A stretch of 22,794 nt of DNA, from assembly GCA_046757525.1 (NCBI GenBank), contig JBHHYI010000061.1:1-22794 (forward strand), in the 5' to 3' direction. The stretch comes from a bacterium (GTDB taxonomy: Bacteria; Zhuqueibacterota; Zhuqueibacteria; Oceanimicrobiales; Oceanimicrobiaceae). The notes below the pieces were generated by a model, which made no database searches, was not told the DNA's origin, and was given only the letters and a program-made list of their open reading frames with translations. Shown here one piece after another: positions 1-8,195 of this stretch. A program made the position numbers and the translations under genes. Within the stretch, counting starts at the first letter, position 1. The number at the start of each line of letters is the position of its first letter.

Positions 1-18
1 GAAATGACAGTTTGGGCG

Positions 19-82
19 CTTAAGTTGACGCCAATGCGCTTCCGCGGGAATAACACAAAAAGTGTACATTTTGGACAGCCCC
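19..82. repeat. MITE/REP-like repeat end, inverted copy of 22659..22722
   Basis: 64-nt stretch matches the reverse complement of 22659..22722 at 55/64 positions without gaps (manual alignment); contains CTTAAGTTGACGCC, a REP-like arm CGCGGGAATAAC and terminal ACAGCCCC. Confidence 0.85.
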
Positions 83-95
83 ACGAGAGCTGCGA

Positions 96-113
96 CTTAA
101 GTTGACGCCTATG
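96..113. repeat. Second copy of short repeat CTTAAGTTGACGCC(T/A)ATG
   Basis: 17/18 identical to 19..36. Confidence 0.8.
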
Positions 114-324
114 AGCGGATGCCGGATTTAGACTTCGCTACATTGGAAAACAAATGATGCCTAATTCGGTGTCGTCCAGTGCAAAACTAAATCCACAATC
201 GAACACCCGGGCAGACCTGCAAGTTGCGGAATAGCTTGACGAATCTCGAGCAGGCGCGAAGGGATTCGAACTCTCATCCGAGCTGCGTTGGCCAGCGGCA
301 TGGTACAGCAGCAGGCGTCTGCCG

Positions 325-3183
325 TCAGCCCTTCAGATAAAACATCTCCTCCGCGGGTCGCAGCGGACGGTTCAACCACAGGGGGCGGCGCAAACCGCCG
401 GGCCCTGGTGCTGGCCGCGTGAGCTTGAGCCATTCCTGGTAAAGAGCAAACGACTTCTCAGTGTCGACGAACACATCGCCGTAGTGATCTTCGGGGTGGG
501 CTTTTTCGATTTTAACTTTCTGGTGCCAACAGTGCATGCCGCTGATGGGGTCCGGGTGCACTGGAAAGGTGATGTTCTGGTGCACGCCACCGTCGCTCCA
601 AAAGATACGGGAGCTATCCGGGTCCGAACTCTTAAATGGGCGAATGCCGTCCTGGTGGGACATCTTCCACTTGCCGTTTTCCAGACGCTCGATGGACACC
701 ACATTGGTCGCCCAGCGATTGCCGTGTGCGTCCTGCGGGCGGCGCCAGCGGCCCAGGTGGTGGGAACAGGCCACGACGCCGGGCTTCATGCCCTCGGTGA
801 CCCAGACACGGTCGACGAAGTAACCGATGTCGGTGGTCACGCGAATCAAGGCGCCATTGCGAATTCCCAGCCGCTTCGCATCCGAAGTGTGCATCCACAC
901 GGGATTGCGGTTGGAAATTTCCGTTAGCCATTTGGCATTGCCCGAACGCGAGTGAATCAATGTCGGCAGCCGAAAGGTTGGCAGCAACGGGAATTCCCCC
1001 TTCTCACGGTCGATCTTTTCCGGGTGCACGTGGCTTTTGATGTAGGCGGGAATCTTGTACTCCGGCCAGCCCCAATCGACGAGGGTCTGAGAATAGAACT
1101 CCTGCTTGCGCGACGGGGTAGCAAAGCCCACGTAGCCCACGCCGTCTACCTGGACACCGACGGCCTTGCCTTTCCTGGTAATGGTGTGCGTCTTCTTGTC
1201 TACTTTGGTTCCCTTCAATTCTGCTTTTGAGAGCTCCTTCAGGTGCTTGTTGTAGGAGGTCTTCTCCACTTCAAAGGCGCCGTACTTGCGCATGTAATCC
1301 AGCGGCGACAGACCCTCCGCAGCCGCTTTTTCCGGCAACCCAGGCGTGTGCTCGAAAATATACTGATAGTATTCGTCGATGGTGATTTTTTCTCCTGGTC
1401 GGCAAGGCGAGATAAAGTGCTCTTTGATGCCCAGACTGCCGTCCGGATCGATGCGCCAGGACAACTCAATCCAGAACTCATCTTCTTCCCAGACTTCGCC
1501 CGGATTGGCCTCATAGGTGAAGGTGACCGGATTTCCCATTTTACGTGCCGCTTCACGTAGCACCGGCTGACGAAAGCTGACCCACATGCCGGAGTGGGTT
1601 TCATAGCTAATAAGGTCGTGCCGTTCGCTGGCGTGCCCCATGGGCAAAACGTAATCGGCAAAATAAGCGGTTTCGTTCCAGGTGGGCGTCAAGGCGGCGT
1701 GCAGTCCGATCTTGGTTTCATCCTGCAGGACTTCGATCCAGGAGAAGCCGTCCGGGTAAGTCCACACCGGATTGAACACCCGCGTAAAATAAACCGACAA
1801 TTTGCCGCGACCTTCCTTGAGGAAGTGCGGCAAAAGAAAGCTCATCTCGTAGTGCGCCAGGGGATAGTCGTTGGGGAAATGCAGTTCGTTCCAGAATTTC
1901 TGCGCCGGGGGTTTGTCGAACATGCTCGGCTTGAACTTGTTCCACCCGCTGGGCGAGGTGCCGCCGACCGTACCCACGCTGCCGGTCAGCACATTGAGAA
2001 AATGCAGACAGCGGGCGACGGCCCAGCCGCCCAGGTTGCCGCTACCGGCACTGCGCCAATTGTGGCTGGCAAACCGGCTGCCGGCTTTGCCGATCTGTCG
2101 GGCCACCTCCACAATCGTGCTGGCGGGGACGCCGCTTTCCTGCTCGGCAAATTCAGGCGTGTATTCCTTGTAATCTTCCTTGAGCGCTTCGATGAAATTG
2201 GCAAAGGTTACCTTGAGGCGGGGGTGCTCCTTTTCGAGATAAGGTTGCCAGTTGACCCAATCGCACAGGAACGCTTCGTTGTAGAGGCCTTCATCGATTA
2301 GAACCTTCGCCATGGCCAGCAGCACCGCGGCTTCGCTGCCCGGATAAGTGGGCAGCCAGAAATCGGCCATGCTGGCGGTGTTAGAAAGGCGCGGATCCAT
2401 GACCGCCAGCTTTGCCCCATTCATCATGCCTTCGAGGATGCGCTGCGCATGGGGATTGAAGTAGTGGCCGGACTCCAGGTGGGCGCTGACCAGGAGAATG
2501 AAGTCCGCGTTGGCGTGGTCCGGCGAGGGTCGGTCCAGGCCGTGCCAAATGGAGTAGCCGAAGCGCGCCCCGGCCGAACAGATATTGGTGTGGCTGTTGT
2601 GGCCATCCACACCCCAGGCCTGCAAGACGCGCCCCATGAAGCCTTCGTGACCGGGACGGCCCACGTGGTAGGCCACTTCGTTGTTGCGCTTTTCTTGCAG
2701 GGCCTCACGAATGCGGCCAGCGATATCGTCCAGCACTTCATCCCAGGAGACTCGCTGCCACTGGCCGTCGCCGCGTTTGCCGCTGCGCCTCAAAGGATAG
2801 AGAATGCGGTCGGGATCATGGATCTGATTGATGGTCGCCGGTCCTTTGGCGCAGTTGCGTCCACGACTGCCGGGATGGTAGGGGTTGCCTTCAAACTTGC
2901 GCACTTGCAGCGTCTCTTTGTCCACATAACTCAAAAGCCCGCAGCCCGATTCACAGTTGAAGCAAGTGGTGGGAACGATCATGTAATGTTTGGCCTCTCG
3001 GTGCGGCCAACGCTTAGCTTCGTATTCAACCCAATCGTCCCACTTTTCCGGTGGCGGATAATGCGTCAGCATGCCTTGCTCGTTGAGGGGCGCCACCTCA
3101 GACTCTGGCTGTTCGTGAAGATTCGAGATAAGGTGGAGTTTCTCGGCAATTTTTTCAATCACTCCTGGATTGTGTTTGTGCAT
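325..3183 (-). CDS. Molybdopterin (bis-MGD) oxidoreductase catalytic subunit, DMSO-reductase superfamily, Psr/Phs/Sre-like; no Tat signal
   Basis: N-terminal FS0 motif CFNCESGCG...GRNCAKG, RILYPL, putative Cys Mo ligand in HTNICS, DPRLSNTA, ADYVLP, C-terminal dinucleotide-binding domain (HSRSGN...WMHTSDAKRLGI). Start moved to ATG 3183 behind AAAGGA RBS. Confidence 0.93.
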   Translation of the reverse strand: MHKHNPGVIEKIAEKLHLISNLHEQPESEVAPLNEQGMLTHYPPPEKWDDWVEYEAKRWPHREAKHYMIVPTTCFNCESGCGLLSYVDKETLQVRKFEGNPYHPGSRGRNCAKGPATINQIHDPDRILYPLRRSGKRGDGQWQRVSWDEVLDDIAGRIREALQEKRNNEVAYHVGRPGHEGFMGRVLQAWGVDGHNSHTNICSAGARFGYSIWHGLDRPSPDHANADFILLVSAHLESGHYFNPHAQRILEGMMNGAKLAVMDPRLSNTASMADFWLPTYPGSEAAVLLAMAKVLIDEGLYNEAFLCDWVNWQPYLEKEHPRLKVTFANFIEALKEDYKEYTPEFAEQESGVPASTIVEVARQIGKAGSRFASHNWRSAGSGNLGGWAVARCLHFLNVLTGSVGTVGGTSPSGWNKFKPSMFDKPPAQKFWNELHFPNDYPLAHYEMSFLLPHFLKEGRGKLSVYFTRVFNPVWTYPDGFSWIEVLQDETKIGLHAALTPTWNETAYFADYVLPMGHASERHDLISYETHSGMWVSFRQPVLREAARKMGNPVTFTYEANPGEVWEEDEFWIELSWRIDPDGSLGIKEHFISPCRPGEKITIDEYYQYIFEHTPGLPEKAAAEGLSPLDYMRKYGAFEVEKTSYNKHLKELSKAELKGTKVDKKTHTITRKGKAVGVQVDGVGYVGFATPSRKQEFYSQTLVDWGWPEYKIPAYIKSHVHPEKIDREKGEFPLLPTFRLPTLIHSRSGNAKWLTEISNRNPVWMHTSDAKRLGIRNGALIRVTTDIGYFVDRVWVTEGMKPGVVACSHHLGRWRRPQDAHGNRWATNVVSIERLENGKWKMSHQDGIRPFKSSDPDSSRIFWSDGGVHQNITFPVHPDPISGMHCWHQKVKIEKAHPEDHYGDVFVDTEKSFALYQEWLKLTRPAPGPGGLRRPLWLNRPLRPAEEMFYLKG

Positions 3184-3201
3184 GAGTTTTCCTTTCAAGA
3201 A

Positions 3202-4479
3202 TTACGGAACACTGGTCTTGGTCTCCTGGCCAGCCGTTAGCGGCCCAATTTCACCACTCAATTTAATTCGGTATTTTTCGTACTGGTTTTTCTTGCGGCG
3301 CACCAACAGCAGCATCTCCGTGACCGGGTGCGTGAGATCCACCGCAATGAGTTTGCCGTCATAAAACTCCCGAATGGTTTCGACAGGGGTGTGTGCCACG
3401 ACGTGCAGCTTGCATCTAAACCTCTTGAGTACTTGTTCCAGATCGTGTGCTAAGCTATCTGCGAGAACATACCCCCTGTACCAGAAGACGCTGTCTTCTC
3501 CATAGAAGAATAGCAACCTTCTGAAAAACTGCACGGAATCCACCTGAACTGAAATGGAATCCTGCAACAATTCCTGGAAAAGATCCTCTCCTAAGAAAGT
3601 CTGCAGCGAGTCATTAAACGACTCAATAGAGTATCTGGCATACCACGGCGTGACGCCTCCGTGGGCGAACAAAATCTTGTTCATTTTTAAGATGCCGGGC
3701 TTGTGCGCCAGCCATGTTCCCATGATGGAAGTACGGGGACTGTACATAGCGGCGTAGGTGGTTTTGTGCAGGCGCGCAATGAGGTTTTCCTTCTGTGACA
3801 GATAACGAAGGTCGTTGTCAAAAGTCATAATCTCGTGATTTCCAAGCACAATGTGCACCCCACCACCTTGCTTCTTTGCCTGTCTTTCTAATTTGTACAA
3901 AAACCACAGCGTCTTCGTGACGTCGTGCCCCCGATCAAAAATGTCGCCAAGCGCAACCAGGTGTTTTCTGCGGCCGCTCCAATTCAAATTGGAGTCGATG
4001 ATCCCGGCATTCTGGAGTAACTGGGCTAAGTTGCTGAACTCGCCGTGGATGTCCCCCACCACATAAATCGAATCGATCTTGTTGAACACGCTTTTTGTTT
4101 CTTTGCCCACCCCCTCTAAGTTGATGACCGTCTCGTGTTGGTCCAATGCATTCGAAAGACCGCCATATTGCAGTGTTAATGACGCCTTCTGGTCGATGGC
4201 AAACGAAACCTGGTGTGCTCTGGCGAAAGGGGTGGAAAAACCGTACAACTGGCTGTCGTCGTTGAAAACTTTCAAAAAGCCTGAATCCCGGGCAGCGGTT
4301 ATCCAGTGTACCGTTATCTGACCGTCCTGTTTTTGCACCCATAACCCATATTCGCCGCTGAACTTGAATCTGGACGATCGTTGTTTATGGGGCTGCGCGA
4401 CGGTTGCGGGAACGAACACTCCATGAAGCGCAACCAGGGCCAGGAATAGAGTTGAATAAAGGACGCCTTTGGCTTTCAC
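3202..4479 (-). CDS. Exported calcineurin-like metallophosphoesterase, Shewanella-like protein phosphatase (Shelph) type
   Basis: Motifs GDIHG, GDIFDRG, LGNHE, AHGG, WYRG, AHT; N-terminal basic + hydrophobic signal peptide (…ATVA-QP); GTG start behind GGAG. Confidence 0.88.
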   Translation of the reverse strand: MKAKGVLYSTLFLALVALHGVFVPATVAQPHKQRSSRFKFSGEYGLWVQKQDGQITVHWITAARDSGFLKVFNDDSQLYGFSTPFARAHQVSFAIDQKASLTLQYGGLSNALDQHETVINLEGVGKETKSVFNKIDSIYVVGDIHGEFSNLAQLLQNAGIIDSNLNWSGRRKHLVALGDIFDRGHDVTKTLWFLYKLERQAKKQGGGVHIVLGNHEIMTFDNDLRYLSQKENLIARLHKTTYAAMYSPRTSIMGTWLAHKPGILKMNKILFAHGGVTPWYARYSIESFNDSLQTFLGEDLFQELLQDSISVQVDSVQFFRRLLFFYGEDSVFWYRGYVLADSLAHDLEQVLKRFRCKLHVVAHTPVETIREFYDGKLIAVDLTHPVTEMLLLVRRKKNQYEKYRIKLSGEIGPLTAGQETKTSVP

Positions 4480-4512
4480 CTTAGATTCTCCGTCAGGCGT
4501 GCGGTCGCACAG

Positions 4513-5478
4513 TTAGAATGTCTTGATTTTACCAGAATCCACCCGTTTTAGCAGCTTTCGCATTCTGTCTGAAACTCCCCTGATTTCACTTCTGGTGAGG
4601 CCAAATTGGATGAACCGCTTCGAGACTCGCACGCCCTTGTTGGGGTTGAGATTTTCAGTCGGTTGCGCGGGCATGAGCCGTCCTTCCTTTATTTCAAACT
4701 GCGCCACCACACCCAGCGTCTGTGTCAGGTCCTCTTCTGCCACGGTCCGGAGACGGTCGACGGTCTTGAGGGGCAGACGTTTGACGCGAATTCGCCGCCA
4801 TTCGACACCTCGATTGCTTTCCAAATTGCCAAAAGCCAAGCCATTATCGACAGCAAATACTCTTGGATTTGCTGGGTCGGTGGAGATTAAGAAATTCCCT
4901 ACATTTGAGTCATTATGCTTAATAAGGTAAGAGAGAATATTCATATTCCCCAAATGTCTGGCATAAGTTGAATCCGATTTAAACCTCTTTTTGTCATATA
5001 TTTTTCCCTGGGTAACCTCTTCTAACCAATACTGAAGAACAAAAAAGACGCTGTCGGTGTTCTTGAACGTCGGTTTCACGTCTGGCTCAATCTCGCGATA
5101 CTGGGCCAGAGGCAGACTGTTTCCGCAGGTCGGCGGTACTACGTATTCTTGTGGGTCGAGAAAGAGCTTCTGCAGCTCGTACGCGGCAATTTCATAGCGC
5201 GGCTGATTGTTTACGGCCCAGCCGCCTGGCGCCGATCTTTTCCATTTAACCTGCATGACTGTTCCATCCGGCCACCTGAGGATGCCTCTTTTTGTAATGT
5301 CGCCTTCAAAACGCGCATCTCTGAATCTGAAAATCTCGAAGGGCTGGTACATCATTCGTTGCTCTATCTCTTCGATTGGCAGGCGAATATTGCTGTCCTG
5401 TGCGAAAACCGGAAGCAGGACCGCCAGGGAACCTCCCCAAAAAAGAATTGCGCGCAATGTATTCTTTATTTTGTGCAT
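4513..5478 (-). CDS. Exported atypical protein-kinase-like fold protein (HipA/PI3-PI4K/Fam20-like)
   Basis: Signal peptide (…PVFA-QD); beta3 Lys in VKWK, EIAAYEL, VVPPT, catalytic loop HNDSNVGNFL (DxxxxN), metal-binding AVDNGLAF; GAGGAGG RBS. Confidence 0.72.
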   Translation of the reverse strand: MHKIKNTLRAILFWGGSLAVLLPVFAQDSNIRLPIEEIEQRMMYQPFEIFRFRDARFEGDITKRGILRWPDGTVMQVKWKRSAPGGWAVNNQPRYEIAAYELQKLFLDPQEYVVPPTCGNSLPLAQYREIEPDVKPTFKNTDSVFFVLQYWLEEVTQGKIYDKKRFKSDSTYARHLGNMNILSYLIKHNDSNVGNFLISTDPANPRVFAVDNGLAFGNLESNRGVEWRRIRVKRLPLKTVDRLRTVAEEDLTQTLGVVAQFEIKEGRLMPAQPTENLNPNKGVRVSKRFIQFGLTRSEIRGVSDRMRKLLKRVDSGKIKTF

Positions 5479-5516
5479 GAGCTACCTCCTCTTTATTAGC
5501 ACGGACTGTATGACTG

Positions 5517-7178
5517 CTAACTCAACTGAATCATTTGCGGGGCGCGAATCCAAATGTGCTCGGTGAGGTAAATGCCCAGGAGCACCAACACGCCCGCGGC
5601 GGCCATGAGCGCAGAACCGCCCAACCACAAAAGCGCCAGCGGCACGACATTACCCGCTGTGACAACCCCAAGCCAGAAGCTTGACCGGAAGCGGCCAGAC
5701 ACGATTTCAGTCACCGTCATTTTGGCATCCGCGGTTGCGTGCGGGGTTAGCAGCTCCGCTGCCACAATGACCAGATTGAATGCGATAGCGCTGGTTAAGA
5801 CCGTTCTGAGATAACCGTTCCAGGCCGCACCTGTTTTCACCACCAGGGAAAGGAGGCCGAACAAAGCAGCGCCAGCCATGACAGCATGAACAAGCATGTG
5901 CAGCACAAGCGCTGGGCTTTGCCAGAAATCACGGCCTTTGGCCTGAGCGAACAGGAAGGCGGTGTAAACAGCCGTAATAACAGCAAAAACGGCGCTGCCC
6001 CAGAGTGCGGCCGGATCAATGGTACCCCATCCGAAAAACCTGGCCGCACCCCAAAGAGTGAGCAGGCCGCCGTAAATGAAGAGGGCATAACCTCCACGAA
6101 CCAGCCACGAACGCCACTGCGGGCGCAACAGCACGTAGACAAAACGCGCGGGTTTGTCCAGATCCTTGACCAGCAGCACGCTCGTAAGAATCAGAAACAC
6201 CAATCCAATGGCCAGTGCCCACCATTGCGTGGATGGTGACACCGGAGCAAGATCAAAAGCCAGCGCTAAAAACGGCACCAGAAACGCCCCGGTGGCAATG
6301 GCTTTGGTCCACACGTAAGCCGAAACTTCCCAACCCCAGACCATGCCCTTGCCGGGCGCATCGTACACCCGCCTGGCCCTCTCTTTGAGGACTTCCATGG
6401 CTTTTTGCAGCATCCTTTTGTCATCGCTTGTACCTGGCACGAGCACGGAGCCTCCATCATCGCCACCCTCGACCCAGTTGCCGGCACCCTTGCCGCCTAA
6501 CTGTTGGGTGAGTTTTTCCGAGTCTGATCGGGAGATGCGCGCTTCCGCATAGTGGGCAAAATGTCCAACACCGGAAGCCTGGGAACTCCACAGGTAAGCA
6601 CTTTCCCGTTCCGTCACCATGGGATTGAGAGCGGCTTCATCGCCGTCGATGTAAAACAGTTTGGGCTGCGTACCTTTCTCCATTTTTCTGGCCGTAACTT
6701 GCTCGCGCGACAATAGTTGTGAAATCTCTGAAAGGGGATCGTCCATGTCTCCGGAAACAATGGCGTGTTCTGGACAGACGATGACACAAGAGGGCTCCAG
6801 ACCGATATCCACGCGGTGCGCGCAGTAATTGCATTTGGCAGCCGTATGGGTGTTGGGGTCGATGAACAGCGCATCGTAAGGACAGGCCTGGGTGCAAGCC
6901 TTGCAGCCGATGCAGCGCCGATTGTCGAAATCCACGATGCCGTCGGATCGGGTGAACAGCGCTGAGGTCGGACAAATCTCCACGCACGGAGCGTCAGCAC
7001 AGTGGTTGCAGCGCATCACCGAAAAAACACGACGCGTATTGGGAAATTCGCCTTTCTCGATGTACTTGACCCACGTGCGATTGACCCCGATGGGAACGTC
7101 GTGCTCAGCTTTGCAGGCCACGGTGCAGGCATGGCAGCCAATGCACTTGCGGTTGTCTATGATAAAGCCAAAATTCAT
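5517..7178 (-). CDS. Fusion of 4x[4Fe-4S] electron-transfer subunit (PsrB/NrfC-like) with NrfD/PsrC membrane anchor
   Basis: CIGCHACTVAC, CNHCADAPCVEICP, CIGCKACTQACP, KCNYCAHR...PSCVIVCP; then WGWEVSAYVW, KDLDKPARF, SWLVRG and about 8 hydrophobic helices; AGGAG RBS. Confidence 0.93.
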   Translation of the reverse strand: MNFGFIIDNRKCIGCHACTVACKAEHDVPIGVNRTWVKYIEKGEFPNTRRVFSVMRCNHCADAPCVEICPTSALFTRSDGIVDFDNRRCIGCKACTQACPYDALFIDPNTHTAAKCNYCAHRVDIGLEPSCVIVCPEHAIVSGDMDDPLSEISQLLSREQVTARKMEKGTQPKLFYIDGDEAALNPMVTERESAYLWSSQASGVGHFAHYAEARISRSDSEKLTQQLGGKGAGNWVEGGDDGGSVLVPGTSDDKRMLQKAMEVLKERARRVYDAPGKGMVWGWEVSAYVWTKAIATGAFLVPFLALAFDLAPVSPSTQWWALAIGLVFLILTSVLLVKDLDKPARFVYVLLRPQWRSWLVRGGYALFIYGGLLTLWGAARFFGWGTIDPAALWGSAVFAVITAVYTAFLFAQAKGRDFWQSPALVLHMLVHAVMAGAALFGLLSLVVKTGAAWNGYLRTVLTSAIAFNLVIVAAELLTPHATADAKMTVTEIVSGRFRSSFWLGVVTAGNVVPLALLWLGGSALMAAAGVLVLLGIYLTEHIWIRAPQMIQLS

Positions 7179-7224
7179 AGGCTTCTCCTATTTGATTTGG
7201 TGGTATTGTCAAGAGTTTCTGCTC

Positions 7225-7308
7225 GAATATGGCGTTAACGATGTACACCGTGCCTGGTATGAACATGTGTTCCGGGCGGCGATACCAACGACGGGATTCT
7301 CTTGCCAT
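7225..7308 (-). pseudogene. Possible 5' remnant of a REP-associated tyrosine transposase (RAYT, IS200-like)
   Basis: MARESRRWYRRPEHMFIPGTVYIVNA behind GGGGGAG resembles RAYT N-termini (R-x-P-x-H-x-F-x-P-G-x-x-Y-x-V-T); directly beside a REP pair; no HUH motif or catalytic Tyr remains; 3' boundary approximate. Confidence 0.4.
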
Positions 7309-7347
7309 CTCCCCCCCATCTTTGTTTTGACCAACGAAACGCCTCCC

Positions 7348-7414
7348 TGGAGTGCTCAAGCCCTGCTTCAGCACTTGATCGGTTCGAAGGCGCAAGCAGG
7401 GCTTGCGCACGCCA
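7348..7414. repeat. Inverted pair of REP-like palindromes (TGGAGTGC-type)
   Basis: TGGAGTGCTCAAGCCCTGCTTCAGCACTT (7348-7376) and AAGGCGCAAGCAGGGCTTGCGCACGCCA (7387-7414): each a hairpin and near reverse complements of each other. Confidence 0.8.
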
Positions 7415-7470
7415 AAGCCGACTCTCCCCTCAAGCAAGGAGAGGGTCAACCAATTGAGTTCCGGTCAACG

Positions 7471-7536
7471 GCCCGGACCTTGACGGATCTGGCCCACCCG
7501 TCCGGCACTTGAGGGACGAGTCCGGCACCTGACGGA
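7471..7536. repeat. Three degenerate 17-nt direct repeats
   Basis: GCCCGGACCTTGACGGA (7471), GTCCGGCACTTGAGGGA (7500), GTCCGGCACCTGACGGA (7520). Confidence 0.55.
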
Positions 7537-7959
7537 TGCCTAAGAAAACGCAGTCCTCACCCGAACGGTTCGCTGAAGCTGACCCCTTGCACTGTTTGCA
7601 GCATTTCCTTGCCACTTTTCATAAAACCCTTAACACTACCTCACTGTCAAACTCTTGGAATGGTACGGAATAAAGCGCGATCCCCTGGTTACAGTATTCT
7701 TGAATATATGTAAGCTACAAAATCGCGCAATAAACATACCATTTGCACCAGGTTGATCCATTGAATTCTATGCATTGATATTCAATGACTTGCGCTTCCA
7801 TTGAATTGAATAGAAAGGGAAAATATTATGGCAATATAACCTTTTTTTCCCACAAATACCACAAAAATTTAACATAAGTTGTTCCGGCAACTAATAAGCA
7901 CAAGATTGCCGCCTTTGTTTTTCAAACAGTTAGTGTAAAACTCTCTGAGATTCTGACTA

Positions 7960-7975
7960 TGGCATTCATTTTGCT
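7960..7975 (+). promoter_or_regulatory. Sigma54 (-24/-12) promoter upstream of fadL-like gene
   Basis: TGGCATTCATTTTGCT: exact GG-N10-GC spacing, close to TGGCAC-N5-TTGCW; IHF-like TTTCAAACAGTTA at 7920-7932; AT-rich upstream region. Confidence 0.72.
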
Positions 7976-8195
7976 AATTCAAACTTATTAGCATGAGTAC
8001 CTTACAACTTTGAGGCGTCTCGGCCAAGTCAATCTAACGCATCCTTTCTCGTTTGCGCAATCCTGCAATTGGGACCATTAGATTCCATTTTTCGAAAAGA
8101 AATCACAGATCCACCCAAAGGCTTTCTGCTAATCCCAAAACAAAGAAGCCTAATCATTGAGCCGAGAAGCTTCAACAAGCGTTAAGGAGGGAAAC

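Noticed and set aside
253..278. GTTCGAATC T-loop-like motif on the minus strand suggesting a tRNA or att site
   Set aside because: T-stem is mismatched and no acceptor, D or anticodon arms can be built
7471..7536. Direct repeats as a mini-CRISPR
   Set aside because: Repeats only 17 nt, degenerate, spacers 3-12 nt, no cas genes
7601..7614. Minus-strand TGGCAAGGAAATGC as sigma54 promoter for the oxidoreductase operon
   Set aside because: GG to GC spacing is 9, not the required 10
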